Shown here: positions 11,831-26,613 of the stretch, one piece after another
Position numbering within the stretch: position 1 is the stretch's first letter
Layout: each line of letters starts with the position of its first letter
Source of the DNA: Octopus bimaculoides
Lineage: Eukaryota
NCBI RefSeq assembly: GCF_001194135.2
Contig: NC_069003.1
Location: 2,891,458 to 2,955,457 of the forward strand
Length of the DNA: 64,000 bases
Direction: 5' to 3'
Position numbers and translations under genes: made by a program
The notes under the pieces: generated by a model
Databases searched by the model: none
What the model saw: only the letters and a program-made list of their open reading frames with translations
What the model was told of the DNA's origin: nothing

Positions 11831-12709
11831 TAAATAGTTTGTCCATTGAGGTCATGATTCCGCCACCTCACCGCCTGCGGGACAGAGTAAAATTGAAAGA
11901 ACAAATGTAAAAGGTTAAAAATAACTGAGACACTTGATGGTGGAAATAGAAAGAATATGCAAAAAAAAAAAAAAAAATAGCGGGTTGTGTGATTTCTGGA
12001 TTTACCCAAACGCATATCGTATGGACAAGATAAACCAATGATATTTGATTGATTTTGCTAGAAAAAAAAAAGACCTGCCGAAATTCTGCCGCATATATGT
12101 CTATATATTATATATATATATCAGCAGCAAAATTAATCAGAATTGAATATTTTCAAGATATGAATATTGTTATTATTATCGAAATCAATATAAATAGTTC
12201 ATAATAACAACAATATATATAGGTCGTTGCAGGATTAAATTAGCATTATATAACTATAGAATTAAAATTATATTAATTAAATGACTCATTGAAGTGTCTG
12301 CCCGCTAGAAATAAATGTCAAAATCCTCATTTGGAGCACCAAAAGTTACACAGAAAATAAGAGATACCACATCTGCTGGTGTCCTTAATTGCTTAGCGCC
12401 AAAATGTGGACAGCCTCAGTGCGGACCCTTCGAATGAACAGTACATGGAACTTATGTCTCCAACTATCCTTTTGTAATAACAAAATATGAACTCGTGTTG
12501 GAATCTACATACTATGGACAAGAATCATTTCTACCCATTCTACACAGCACTTTCCTTGGATAATAGAACTGCAACTGTAACATCCTACATATATTTTTAC
12601 TTTTATTTTTATTCTTTCATTTCCCTTTATAGTTCCTATATCCATCCTTTTCAAAAATAACTCCTTATATTGAACTACACTATTTCCATCTGTTTAACTT
12701 TTTCATATC

Positions 12710-12757
12710 GTCTCTGATGAAGGAATAACTCTAATATCCGAAAAACAGCTGTAAGAC
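12710..12757 (+). ncRNA. Type I minimal hammerhead ribozyme motif (two extra A after GAAA)
   Basis: GTCT-CTGATGA-AGGA...TCC-GAAA(AA)-CAGCTG-TA-AGAC: helix I GTCT/AGAC, palindromic helix III CAGCTG, GUA triplet; preceded by a pyrimidine-rich tract. Confidence 0.65.
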
Positions 12758-13259
12758 TACCCCTCTCTTTATAAATGTCCTATAAATTCTACACAGCCTT
12801 GGCTTTGTTGTCTCATTTTATTTTATTTAACAAACACACATATATACATATATATATATACATACATATATTTATATATATATATATATATATATCAGTC
12901 CAACGACTGATACTACTGAAAGAGAGAAGAGAGAAGGAAGGAAATGAATTTAGAAAAGATGAAGAATTGAAGTCTTACACATGTCTTCAAACTTACTTTT
13001 AATCAATTTGGATTTCGGAATTGTATTTCCCGTGCTTTTAGTGACAAGAATTATCTTTAACGTTATTGACTATTTCGTTTCCATTACGAAGTTGAAATTT
13101 AATTGATTAGAATAGAATTTGTTGACTCGCGTCGTTTTGTCTGCAAAACCCTATTCAAATATATTGTCGTATATTCAATTTTGAAACTATTTATTAACTA
13201 GTGTTGTAAAACTTTGTCGGTTTCGTGTTTTCAATTTACTATTGGAAATGGCGCTGTTG

Positions 13260-13380
13260 AGGATGATGATGATAGTAACGATGGTGGTGATGGTGGTGAT
13301 AATGAAGATTATGATCGTGGTGGTGGTGATGGTGATGGTGACGGTGTTGGTGGTGATTATAATGATAATGATGAATACCA
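13260..13380. repeat. Degenerate (GAT/GGT)n microsatellite
   Basis: Direct reading. Confidence 0.85.
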
Positions 13381-13394
13381 CGGATTAATTTGGT

Positions 13395-13645
13395 GTTGAT
13401 TGTAATAAACAAGGTTGGGTCTCCATCGGTTGCGACGACGAGGGTTCCAGTTGACCCAATAAACGGAACAGTCTGTTCGGGAAATTAGCATGCAAGTGGC
13501 TGAGCACTCCAGAAACACGTGTACCCACAATGTAGCATAAAACACAATTTGACAAGGCTGGCCCATCGAGTTAGAGGTACACTTTGCCAGCTGAGCGAAC
13601 TGGTGCAACATGGACTAGAATGTCTTGCTCAGAGACAGAGCATAC
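13395..13645 (-). mobile_element. SINE family C (CORE-like segment plus long 3' domain)
   Basis: TTTGCCAGCTGAG...TGGTGCAACATG...TGTCTTGCTCA matches the reverse complement of the family C segment GTTCTTGAGCAAGACACTT; preceded on + by CAAGTGGCTGAGCACTCCA. Confidence 0.7.
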
Positions 13646-14165
13646 CACTTAATATCATAGCCACTTGCTGCCTACATAAGTTGCTACTTCGTTAAACTGT
13701 CGTATGTCCAAATTTGACCAAATGCGTTTTTGTTTTTCAATGTTTACTTTTCCTTACAATAGCCGGTTATTTTGGTCAAACTATCGTATTTCCAGCTGCT
13801 TCAGGTGCCAAGATATCAAAAAATGATCAAGTGTAGTACAACAGTTTTACTATAGAATGGTGAAACTATATTTTTTTTTTCGTTTTCTGAATAAGCAACG
13901 TTTTGGACTTACGACACTTTAGCATAATAGCAACGTTATAATCCGTAGATACTTTTACCAATACTGTGTGACGTACACTATTCGATTAAATTCCTTGGAA
14001 TGCCGTTTCTAATAGCAAGGATTGTCAGTGTTTGCAACTTCTGTCTGTTGTAGCTTCCTATTGTTCACACGGTGTAAAGAATAATGTATGCCTTCATAGA
14101 CGTTATGCTTCGTAGATAAGAGCTTCAACATGGTCTCCATAGATAACGCGCATGTATTTATATTT

Positions 14166-14206
14166 CTGCCTGATGAACCGTTACTCTGGGCGAAATTAGG
14201 TCTGGA
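14166..14206 (+). ncRNA. Degenerate hammerhead-like motif
   Basis: CTGATGA-ACC...GGGC-GAAA-TTAG-GTC-TGGA; core and GUC present, helix I not complementary. Confidence 0.35.
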
Positions 14207-14915
14207 CTTGTTATTAAGTTTCTAAAACTAGTAGTACAGTTGTAATAATATTTTTGCTTGGAATGGTTCTAATAATAAAGTCTATTTTACAGAAACGCTA
14301 TAGTAAATTTGTGTGAGACGTCTCTAGTGTTAAAATATTTCAGGTTATTTCTATTGTATGGTTTGTTGCTTAATCCTATTCCATTCTAAACGAAACCTTT
14401 CATAAATATTTCATTTACTGGAAGATTATTCCATCGCACAATTAAACGGGCTTATACGTAGCTATTTATCACGAACAATCATATTCTCTAATTCCCTCCT
14501 CGGTTTTAACCTATTCGGTAATTAAGCCGAACATGAGTAATTGTATATTGTATTTGGACAATACAACTGCAAAAAGACAATACTGTCTCTTATACCAGTT
14601 TAACGGGAAAGTCATTTAAGAGGTGATTATTCCAGCTTACGCGAAATTACTAACATCCTCACAAGGAACGTATTACATCTCTCTCGAGGCACAGTTTGAT
14701 ATAAGTGAGTGAACCAAAATTGCATAGAATACGTAAAAATGGCTGTTTCAGGCAACAATTATTTAAAATGATGTATTATTGCCATTTATAGATCCCAGTA
14801 AATGTATGTATAATCTTAGATTGCGCGAAGGGGTCGAACTGCTTGAGATAAGAAAATTTATTTGACTGCCTGTCCGTCCGTCCGTCCATCTGTCTCTATA
14901 TATTATGTATATATA

Positions 14916-15004
<89 letters not shown>

Positions 15005-15939
15005 TATATAGATATGTATTTGTATAAATAAATATATATACATCAAATACACACACACACATATATATATAGATATATATAAATATATACATGTTATCAT
15101 GTGTACATGAAGTCCATAAGCGTAACTAGTAGATTCACGTGTTCGTTGAGCGAGCAATGAAGCATTTCTGGGGAGAGAATATTGTCGAACGTTTACGTTA
15201 AGGATTTTAATTTTGAAGATTATTGACCTGCAGAGACAATGTGGAAACTAAGCTTAATAAAAGACGTTATACCAAGCGTACCATATGGCTCATTCGCAAT
15301 TAAAACAAATCTTCTCTGTCTCAATATATTCCGAACGTAAAAAAAAAAAAAAAATCGTCTTAACTGATCGAAACAGCTCAAGCGTGTATTAGCCGATCAT
15401 TCCAATGTGAGGATGTTTATCAGTGGAGATTTATTTGTGAAATATGATTTGTAAACCAATAAACAGATTTGAGCTACGATGCCTGTGTGCTCATCAGCAA
15501 CGTTCCTCGCAAAAAACACTTTCAAACCCCTACTTAACAATAACAGTGGTGTTCATGTGTTTTGTCCATACGGCTGGTAAAGTATAGCTGCCTGGCAGAT
15601 GATTACATCACCAAACAAGAAGCATTTAAAAAAACAAAAAGAAAAAAGCTTCATCTGACAAGCGTCCATCAACATAGAACTGCCCATGCGCCTTCCTTTA
15701 CATTCGATGAGTAAGATGAGGCGCTGTCAGAAGTTCGTGGATACGGAGAAAATTTGATATCGGGTTTAATATTAGCGATAGCATTTACAAATACATTTTT
15801 TTGCTTGGATAGCCTCACGTGAGTATTGTATTACATGATTACAATGGCTCTGCAGCATGCATCGATTACTCTATGCGATTATAACGTACATGAATATTAA
15901 AAGGTATATATATATGCAAACATACATATATAAAAGTAT

Positions 15940-15983
<44 letters not shown>

Positions 15984-16368
15984 NNNNNNNNNNNNNNNNN
16001 NNNNNNNNNNNNNNNNNNNNNNNNNNNNNNNNNNNNNNNNNNNNNNNNNNNNNNNNNNNNNNNNNNNNNNNNNNNNNNNNNNNNNNNNNNNNNNNNNNNN
16101 NNNNNNNNNNNNNNNNNNNNNNNNNNNNNNNNNNNNNNNNNNNNNNNNNNNNNNNNNNNNNNNNNNNNNNNNNNNNNNNNNNNNNNNNNNNNNNNNNNNN
16201 NNNNNNNNNNNNNNNNNNNNNNNNNNNNNNNNNNNNNNNNNNNNNNNNNNNNNNNNNNNNNNNNNNNNNNNNNNNNNNNNNNNNNNNNNNNNNNNNNNNN
16301 NNNNNNNNNNNNNNNNNNNNNNNNNNNNNNNNNNNNNNNNNNNNNNNNNNNNNNNNNNNNNNNNNNNN

Positions 16369-16412
<44 letters not shown>

Positions 16413-16647
16413 ATATAGATATAGATACAAACATAGATAGAAAGATACACATGATATGATAGAGAAATAGATAGATAGATGGATAGATAGATAGATAGAT
16501 AGATAAATAGATTGATTGATTGAAGGGATGATATAATCCTGCTTATAACCTCGTTAGATCATCATGCCGGTTATATATAGATACATAATTTATATATCAG
16601 TCTGCTATGTATGTACACATACACATACACACACATACACACATACA

Positions 16648-16686
<39 letters not shown>

Positions 16687-16730
16687 ACACACATATATAA
16701 TGAGAAGATTCTTCTCACTAACTCATTCTT

Positions 16731-16774
<44 letters not shown>

Positions 16775-16907
16775 TCATCTTCTGTGTTTGTACTAGAGTG
16801 ATACACAATTAGATGCTAAGCAGGAGAGAGGGAAAGAAAAATAGATATATAGATAGATTGATAGAGAGAGGGTGAGAGAGAGAGATAAAGAAACTGCCAG
16901 ATAAGGA

Positions 16908-16949
<42 letters not shown>

Positions 16950-16959
16950 NNNNNNNNNN

Positions 16960-17018
<59 letters not shown>

Positions 17019-17191
17019 GTAAAATTTGTGTCAACATATGGTAAGGATTATTGAATATTACGGAACGTCACTTTATTCTCCATCATATTTCAGACTGATA
17101 TGAATCTAACTGACGTATTAAACATGGTGTTCCTAACTCCATCATCCAGCCATGGTATCATTCCCCTTCCGGTGCTCTGTTGTCTTTCTGT

Positions 17192-17230
<39 letters not shown>

Positions 17231-17792
17231 GATGTCTATTTATTTATCTAACTCTCTCTTTTTCATATATAGATGCAAGTACATACGCATATTTGCGCAT
17301 GCAAATGCATGTATGCGTACGAATGAGCATGCGTATATGTAATAGCGTGTGAGAACGATTATATAGCCATTCGTGTGTATTTGTATATATATATATATAT
17401 ATATATAAACAAATAGATACAGTCTCACTCACATACACACTCATATGTGCGCAGTGAATGTGTCCGTATACATGTGTGCATATATATATATATGCACACA
17501 CATGGATATGTATATATATAGTAAAGCAAATACATATCTATATCCATATCTATATCCATATCTATATCGCCTCTTTGTCTGGCCGTTTCTCTTTCTCTCT
17601 CTCTCTCTCTACATATATACGTGTGTGTGTATAGATACATATACATACATACATATATAAATTTACACGTAAACGCTCTCTCACTCTCTCTCTCTCTCTC
17701 TCTCACACACACGAACACACGCATATACATAATATATATATATGTATACATACATCCACGTATATTGCGAACATGAGAATATACGTGTGTGC

Positions 17793-17862
17793 ATTGAATC
17801 TTCTCTCATAAAACAATTATATCGGTTGATTAGAAAAGTTATTCAATATCATTACACATCAC
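17793..17862 (+). repeat. Left arm of a 70-bp inverted repeat pair (partner 19157-19225)
   Basis: ATTGAATCTTCTCTCATAAAACAATTAT...TAGAAAAGTTA...CATTACACATCAC; roughly four-fifths identical by eye to the reverse complement of the partner. Confidence 0.8.
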
Positions 17863-18437
17863 AACGTTCACATGCCGTACGCATCACTAGATATTCTAGA
17901 CATCCTGCTGGCGTGCCATGCAATCATTTCCGTTCAGATTCGTGATTGCAGTCCTTAAGAATACCTACAAAGAATTATTCCTATACGTATATGCGCATGT
18001 TTGTGAGCATGTATGTGTGTGTGTGTATGTGTGTGCGTGTGTGTGTGTGTATGTGTGTGTGTATATATGTCCGTTTATTTCTATAACTTAATATACAAAT
18101 GCATAGAATAATCAATTATATATATATATATATATATATATNNNNNNNNNNNNNNNNNNNNNNNNNNNNNNNNNNNNNNNNNNNNNNNNNNNNNNNNNNN
18201 NNNNNNNNNNNNNNNNNNNNNNNNNNNNNNNNNNNNNNNNNNNNNNNNNNNNNNNNNNNNNNNNNNNNNNNNNNNNNNNNNNNNNNNNNNNNNNNNNNNN
18301 NNNNNNNNNNNNNNNNNNNNNNNNNNNNNNNNNNNNNNNNNNNNNNNNNNNNNNNNNNNNNNNNNNNNNNNNNNNNNNNNNNNNNNNNNNNNNNNNNNNN
18401 NNNNNNNNNNNNNNNNNNNNNNNNNNNNNNNNNNNNN

Positions 18438-18477
<40 letters not shown>

Positions 18478-19156
18478 GCCTGTGTATAGGTATTCTCATG
18501 TGATAATCTATGCATGATGGTATTTATATGTCTGTGCCTGCGTGGTTGCTTATATATATAAACGTATTTTTTTTTGTGTGCATTTGTGTGTGCAAGATTG
18601 CGAAATATTTCTCCAGCTTCTGTTATCTGAAACGTGAATGACCTTTCTAACATCCTCTCAGATATTAAATCTTTACGTCCTGAATCTGTAATACTGTGAC
18701 ATCTATTATTCATTCTGCATTTCACGCTGTAGTTATACGTAAACGAAATTAATATTTTTGGGTTTATGTTATGCAAAATTTGCCATTTAGGCGGTATTAA
18801 ACGAATTCGAACATTAGAGTTATATAAAACTAAATTTCGTATCGGTCGAAATGTTAGAATATTGGTGCATGAAACCATATTTAATATTTTGGTACGAAAA
18901 CCAAAGCATATCGCTGTTGCCTTTGTTTATATTTCATACTAAATGTTTTAAAGAAGTGTATAATTGTCCGGCTTAAATGTATTTTAGGGCCCAGAATGCA
19001 CGTTGTTTTGTGCTTAGAATATTTCTATTAGATTTGTATCAATATAAGGATTCACTATTAGAGGAAAATTTTGAAAGAATTAGCGTTTGATTTGTAATAA
19101 AACGGAACATTCATCAAGTGTATCCGAAGGCCAGCTTGAGGTGCCCTGTAAATGCA

Positions 19157-19225
19157 GTGATGTGTAATGTGATCACTAACTTTTCTAGTCAAACGGAATA
19201 ATTGTTTGATAAGAGAATATTCAAT
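19157..19225 (-). repeat. Right arm of the 70-bp inverted repeat pair
   Basis: Minus strand ATTGAATATTCTCTTATCAAACAATTATT...TAGAAAAGTTA...CATTACACATCAC. Confidence 0.8.
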
Positions 19226-19264
19226 CCACATTCTTTTCACTTCCTGTAATCTCAGCGTCAACAC
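19221..19264 (-). CDS. Candidate terminal coding exon, (G)VDAEITGSEKNVD*
   Basis: Acceptor gtgcttttcag; phase 1 matches the donor of 21146-21189. No homology recognised, and the stop lies inside a repeat arm. Confidence 0.15.
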
Positions 19265-20945
19265 CTGAAAAGCACGATAGCATCTGAGTCGTACTAACCT
19301 TGCTTACGTTTATTTGGAAGGAGTTGTCATCGCAGGATTGGGATTTTGGCTCACAAAATTTATAACAAGTGAAAACTCAAACAAACTAAATTTACTATTA
19401 GAATTAGAAAACCAAACTTAATGCTTGTCAATGCTTATTTAATTTTCAGCTTGTATGAAACTATCTCTTCCCATTTGGTTTGTATGAAGACAATCGTATT
19501 AATTTAAATGCAGCAAACCCAAATGTTATCAGTAAAATGCGTTGAACTGGTTAATATTACAGATGAATAAACTAATTTTCTTAAAAGTTATTCATTAAGC
19601 AAAAATCAGCTAAAAATCAGATTAAACAAAATTTTTAGTAACTATATTTCAAATCAAATATTCATTAGGTGAAATGGAAACAAACATGAGTGATATACCA
19701 AATTAATTTTAAATGTTGGATGTATCTATGCAAGACTTAGCATTAAATGAAACCAAATAGCGCGTTAACCATCGAAGAAAACAAATGGAACATAGTCGTT
19801 GTAAGGAGCTTACATTTACGGAAATATAAAGAAAACTACAAAAAATCTATTGACAGGCATTGACAAGGCTTAATAGGGCCGAAATTCATGTAGCGCAGTA
19901 GCAAACCGCTATCGAGACGACAGGCTTCGTCTGACTCCGATATATATTGTATTTTTAAACACAGCATATGCATAAAAGATTTTATCTCGGTGGAAGACCG
20001 CAATTAATTAGTTGTCAACGATATATATATATATATACTTTAGATATGAAACATTACATAGATAACCATTTTTATTGACTAATGTTTCATTTCCATATAT
20101 TAGATTGGAGAATTGTATGAAAACTGTATCACAAATACTAACCTGTGATACTAATTTTAAACTTTATTCTATATATAAATATACATACAAAAATGCATAC
20201 ACAAATACATACATACATACATACATACATACATACATACATACATACATACATACATACCTATATATATACCGTTGACCGAACACTATTCAATTTTTTT
20301 CTCCGTGTTCTTCTCCTTGTCTCCGTATTCTTTCTGTTGAAGAGCGTAGCTCGNNNNNNNNNNTATATATATATACATATATATGTATGTGTGTGTGTGT
20401 GTATGTATGTATCAATCATCTTATTTGATATTTGAGCTGTATCAATAAATTTTAAGAACAGTGCTAAATCAAAAACATGAAAAAGTATTAGTGCTCTACA
20501 GAGCAATATTTCACCTTCTAATCAAGGTTTCTCCATATCCAAGATTTATCTGAGTTTTTCTAGTATCTAACCTTTTGTATCTTGCATTTCATAGAGAGAA
20601 ACACACCCAGTTACTTGATAGATCGAATCTTTTCGATGTTACAATAAACCATAGGGTCTAAATTATTTCAGTGAACAAATGATTCCATCTGTCACTAAAT
20701 AATTAGTTTTCTGTAATTATTCATCTGATAAGGCATCACCATTTTATGTCCATAAACAAAGATTAGAAGGAAAAAAGGAAAAAAAGTTTTTTGTAAAAAC
20801 ATTCGAAACAACTCAATTTTTCTTTGAGAAAAACAAAAGTAAAACAAAATTAGAATTAAAAATGTCTTCTGTAATATTCTGACATCTATTAATGTCATCT
20901 TCAATATTTTGATGTTTGAACTAAAAATATAGACATCTGCGCGAA

Positions 20946-21008
<63 letters not shown>

Positions 21009-21145
21009 CCTTGTTGTACCACTCTTATGAATTTATATATATATATATACATGCATACATACTCACACAGACACACCCATATGCATAAATATATGTAATA
21101 CATTGTTAGTGAGCTTGAGTCTTGCTTGCTTGTAATGTTACTCAC

Positions 21146-21189
21146 CGAAAGTGGTGCATACTGGGAAAATGCTATGGATTAAGTTTTCC
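21146..21189 (-). CDS. Candidate internal exon, ENLIHSIFPVCTTF
   Basis: Acceptor tattcacatttcag and donor TCG|gtgagt; only one open frame (phase 2 to 1). No homology recognised. Confidence 0.3.
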
Positions 21190-21254
21190 CTGAAATGTGA
21201 ATACGAACGGAATAAAACAACATAGACAGCAGTCTTGTCGGAAGACTTGTCATC

Positions 21255-21395
21255 TGTTGCCTGCCAAGTCGACTGGAGCATCGTGAAATAATGTTTGGTG
21301 CCAAAGAACACAATGCATCGCCAGATCCAGGAATCGATACCGAAACCTTAAGAACATAAGTGCAGCAGACCAACCACTAGGTCACGCACTCACCA
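21255..21395 (-). mobile_element. SINE family C 5' part (tRNA head plus CORE-like)
   Basis: GACTGGAGCATCGTGAAAT...AAGAACACAATGCATCGCC...GGAATCGA...AACCACTAGGTCACGC. Confidence 0.8.
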
Positions 21396-21429
21396 CATAT
21401 ATACACATTTGTGTGTGTATAACTACGTA

Positions 21430-21551
<122 letters not shown>

Positions 21552-21982
21552 AAGATAGATATATGTATAAATACACACACACACACATATATGCATACAC
21601 ACACAGGCTTCCACGTATATGTATGTATATCTCTATCTCTCTCTATATATATGTGTGTGTGTGTGACTACATATGTAGAAGCTACAGATATGAAAAAGCT
21701 CTGTGAGGAAGACGAGCATTAATTATTGTAATCTTATGACATAAAGAAAAAAAATTACATATATATACAAATGTATAGTTGCATCAATGTCGACATCAAA
21801 TACACTCGGGGACCAATCAAATACGATTTCGCCATGTTTAGTGATAGATTATTCTCAACTCAACTTAGCGTTTCGAAATTCGGTTCATATGGATGTATCA
21901 ATGTCCTGATAAATACACTAAAAATACGTGTGTGTGTGTGTGCGTGCGTGTGTGTGTGTGTGCGTATGTGTGTGTGAGTGTT

Positions 21983-22022
<40 letters not shown>

Positions 22023-22722
22023 NNNNNNNNNNNNNNNNNNNNNNNNNNNNNNNNNNNNNNNNNNNNNNNNNNNNNNNNNNNNNNNNNNNNNNNNNNNNNN
22101 NNNNNNNNNNNNNNNNNNNNNNNNNNNNNNNNNNNNNNNNNNNNNNNNNNNNNNNNNNNNNNNNNNNNNNNNNNNNNNNNNNNNNNNNNNNNNNNNNNNN
22201 NNNNNNNNNNNNNNNNNNNNNNNNNNNNNNNNNNNNNNNNNNNNNNNNNNNNNNNNNNNNNNNNNNNNNNNTATATAGATAGATAGATAGATATGCACAC
22301 ATGTGTGAGTGTTTGTAGTTATGTCTGCAGATAGATTTTTGTGAATATATAATATATAATTACTGGTATATGCAAACATATTTCTAATAAGTTATATACT
22401 GATGCACCCCCCACACACAAACACACATCTATATGTACATTGATAGAAAGTGCATGCGCACACATGTTTCTTCAAAGACATTATCATTGACAAGTAGAAA
22501 TGCTACACACATACACACACACACATACACACGGACATACATACACACGCATCTACATATATATCGATACAAAAGTGCATGCGCACAGAGACATCTTCAA
22601 AGGCAGTCTCATCGACAACTAGAAATTACAAACAAACACTCACACGCAGACAAACACACACTCGCGCATACAAAGACACACAAATACAACCATGCAAGCA
22701 CAAACGCTCACACACACACACA

Positions 22723-22766
<44 letters not shown>

Positions 22767-23664
22767 TAACTATATTACAGATGGCGTAACTTGTACGGTT
22801 AATAAAGACGCTGTGGAATATTGAATAGATAAATTACATGAGAACATGTGATGAGACANNNNNNNNNNNNNNNNNNNNNNNNNNNNNNNNNNNNNNNNNN
22901 NNNNNNNNNNNNNNNNNNNNNNNNNNNNNNNNNNNNNNNNNNNNNNNNNNNNNNNNNNNNNNNNNNNNNNNNNNNNNNNNNNNNNNNNNNNNNNNNNNNN
23001 NNNNNNNNNNNNNNNNNNNNNNNNNNNNNNNNNNNNNNNNNNNNNNNNNNNNNNNNNNNNNNNNNNNNNNNNNNNNNNNNNNNNNNNNNNNNNNNNNNNN
23101 NNNNNNNNNNNNNNNNNNNNNNNNNNNNNNNNNNNNNNNNNNNNNNNNNNNNNNNNNNNNNNNNNNNNNNNNNNNNNNNNNNNNNNNNNNNNNNNNNNNN
23201 NNNNNNNNNNNNNNNNNNNNNNNNNNNNNNNNNNNNNNNNNNNNNNNNNNNNNNNNNNNNNNNNNNNNNNNNNNNNNNNNNNNNNNNNNNNNNNNNNNNN
23301 NNNNNNNNNNNNNNNNNNNNNNNNNNNNNNNNNNNNNNNNNNNNNNNNNNNNNNNNNNNNNNNNNNNNNNNNNNNNNNNNNNNNNNNNNNNNNNNNNNNN
23401 NNNNNNNNNNNNNNNNNNNNNNNNNNNNNNNNNNNNNNNNNNNNNNNNNNNNNNNNNNNNNNNNNNNNNNNNNNNNNATATATATATATATATATACACA
23501 CACACAGGTATATATCTGCATGCATATATGTATACACAGATGTATACATATGTACGGTTTTTGATGAATGCTCAGAACTGGTCGTTAGCTTGTAGACATT
23601 GATGTATGGGAAACAATACTTGTTTATACACACACACACATACACACATACACAAACAAACAAA

Positions 23665-23710
<46 letters not shown>

Positions 23711-24120
23711 CTTATATACATATATTTATATATATGTATCTATGTATCTATGCATTTGTCTTTATACCAAATATAACGTATACTCCATGCCCATCATTAT
23801 AGATATATATATATATCGATCTAGCAATTCATCGATCGAGTCGTTTATATGTTCATGCCTGTATTTACGTGGATATAACATAACAGTATAATGTCATATC
23901 GGTTGCCTTTTTCTTTTATCACCTTCTGTCTTGTTTTTTCTCTTCATTTTACTCATTCTCTTTCTTTCACTGTTCTTTGTACTCCGAATGCATACAGAAA
24001 TAAAGATAGCTCGGACGCAGAGGCAGACAAATAGACATGCATCACACACACACACACACACATTTACACATACACACACACACATACACACACACACACA
24101 CACACGCACACATACACACA

Positions 24121-24188
<68 letters not shown>

Positions 24189-25224
24189 CATGCCTCCATA
24201 GTGAGTAATGAGTCGAGTAGGAAAGTAAAGTAAATTTCAGTCTCCTGTTTAAATTTAAAAAAAAAAAAAGAAAATAGCAGCGACTTTGTTAAACATGTAT
24301 TTTCTCTATTTGTCTCGAAACGAAATCGACTCATGTTTCAACTGTCTTTAAATTCGCATAGAATAACAATTACTCCATTTTTTAGCGGTTTATACCTATT
24401 CATATTATGCACACAATTATCTTTATAAGGATTCTTGGGAAATACGAACTTTAATAATTTCTTCGTCCTATTTCAATCAGTGACTTTGTAGATATTCCTA
24501 GCAGTTTTTTATAATTTCCAAGATTTCCGTTATGCCTTTAATTACTTTTAATATTTGTGTTTATTTCAAACGTACCATTCACACTCTCGATGTTTTTGTC
24601 AAGCGAAATAAGAGCGATTTTATATGCACAACTCAACGAAACTGTTTCATCTATTTTTCATAACAATACAAGCGCTGGCAGGGTAAATGTTTTAATAATT
24701 ACTAGTATTTCAGAAGGTTGCGATAAAAATATATTTGAGGCAATGAACGAAATGTATAGGCATTTAACCTTACTGTTGAAATATATAGAGAGAAGCTACA
24801 CTCCAAATTTTCTCATGCGCTACTTAACAAAATATCATAGCCAGATTCGCTTAAGCAATTGGTAAATTTTCATCAATGCTTGGTTGTTCTTTTAAGAACT
24901 CAGACTCGAGAGTTATTTACTCATTTTATTCCTTTGGGCCACAGAGTATCGATGGTCTTTCTCCACTGTTCGGACACTATGTTGCGGGAGATCCTCCTCG
25001 CTCAGAACATTTATATGTGATACTAGCGCATAAAGTTATGGGATGCACTTCTGTCTATGACGAACTGCTTGAGATTTGGTCTTCTTGTGGTTTCTTGCTT
25101 TCCTTGATTTATTCTATCTATTCTCACTTTTTTATTTTTATACAACTAAAAACCACACAACCATCTTTTATTGTATTATACTATACATAAAAAAAAACAT
25201 TCAAAGGTCCCTTCCCAGCCATAA

Positions 25225-25450
25225 ACTCATCAATCCGGTTTCTTGGATTCCACGCTGTGCATATTCACCCTTGGACGGGACACATGTATATCACAGGATC
25301 ACTCATTTTTGCCAGCTGAGTGGTATGGAGCAACGTGAAATGAAATGCTTTGCTCGAGAAGACAAGGCATCACCCGGTTCAGTATTCGAAACTACAGTCA
25401 TATTATCAAGGGAGCAATTCACTAAACGCCAATCGACGCCAAGCCACGTC
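25225..25450 (-). mobile_element. SINE family C
   Basis: CTCATTTTTGCCAGCTGAGTGG...GGAGCAACGTGAAATGAAATGCTTTGCTC...TTCGAAAC. Confidence 0.8.
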
Positions 25451-25620
25451 CTTACATATATTGTACACACAGCAATATACACAAACATAGAGCATTCCCG
25501 TGATTTTTGTGAGCCAATGCGAAGCGTGCGAATTCCCGATATTCATTTATTTTCCCCTGGGAATGGAGCTAAGACCTGTGCGAAACGGTAAATGGTTCAT
25601 TGATTCTAGAGACAGGATAC

Positions 25621-25670
25621 CGATTCAAGAACAAGGATATATGGAAAATCTTTATTTAATTCTAACAAAC
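25621..25670 (-). CDS. Candidate internal exon, (G)LLELNKDFPYILVLES
   Basis: Acceptor atgttttcag, donor TCG|gtatcc (moderate); one open frame (phase 1 to 0). Confidence 0.2.
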
Positions 25671-26549
25671 CTGAAAACATTTGTGTCTTCCATAAAAAAA
25701 AAAACACATAGATTCACAATCGCAATCCCGGAAATAACGCACAGGCTTTTTTGACAATAGATTCCTTATTACTAAATTCGAGAGAATCTATACTGGGGAG
25801 CCTGATAACTTATTAGAAGACAAGTAGCTAAGATGTTGTTGTGCAGCAACGTGCAAAGGACACACGTTCTGTATTTTCAGAGTGAAGCAACATTTTTAAT
25901 CACAACCACACACACACAAACACAGTAAAGTAATTTTCACTAATACACGCTATATCGACGCCCTCATGTCTCCCTCTTATACTCAGTAAAATATCTAGTT
26001 AGCTTCAGTGCGACCTGAACTTAAATATATAACAATCCATTAAAATCTCCCGCAAAGAAATAATAGAACATCATTATTTACCATAGAAATCCTAAATGAA
26101 TGAAATAAAGAGAGAAAAATATATTGAAAGACAAAAACTATAACGAAACAAAAGAGTACAGACCTTTTAGACATTAATCGTTTGATTGAATAGTTATCTT
26201 CATATTGTTATGGCCTTGGGTTAATCTTTATAGCTTTCCATCTCCGAATTTAAATATACCCCTGGCATTAATAGAAAAAGCCATAATGATATATTTTAGA
26301 TTATTCTATAAGCTACATCCGAGAAATTTAATAACTCACATTGGGATCAATTTTTTCCTAACACCACTAGGCAGCCAGCCAACCAGCCAGTTAGACCGCC
26401 CGCCTAGCAGCCTGCCTACTTACTATAAACATATTTTCTCAATCACTTCGACACACTGGAATTTCCTTCTCTCTATATTATCCCGCATTTTGATATACAT
26501 ACACATATATAATATATATATACATATATAAATATATATATTCTCAGAC

Positions 26550-26613
<64 letters not shown>

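Noticed and set aside
15352-15385. CTGATC-GAAACAGCT, resembling a collapsed copy of the 12710 hammerhead
   Set aside because: No helix II, incomplete core and no flanking homology.
15465-15500. Minus-strand CTGATGAGC...GCTCAAA
   Set aside because: Lacks G12, helix III and helix I.
15560-15715. Short frame containing CLADDY, a possible RT YADD motif
   Set aside because: Single weak motif with no other RT motifs in register.
17092-17152. Plus-strand exon candidate TDMNLTDVLNMVFLTPSSSH
   Set aside because: Good acceptor but weak donor, no homology and no chain support.
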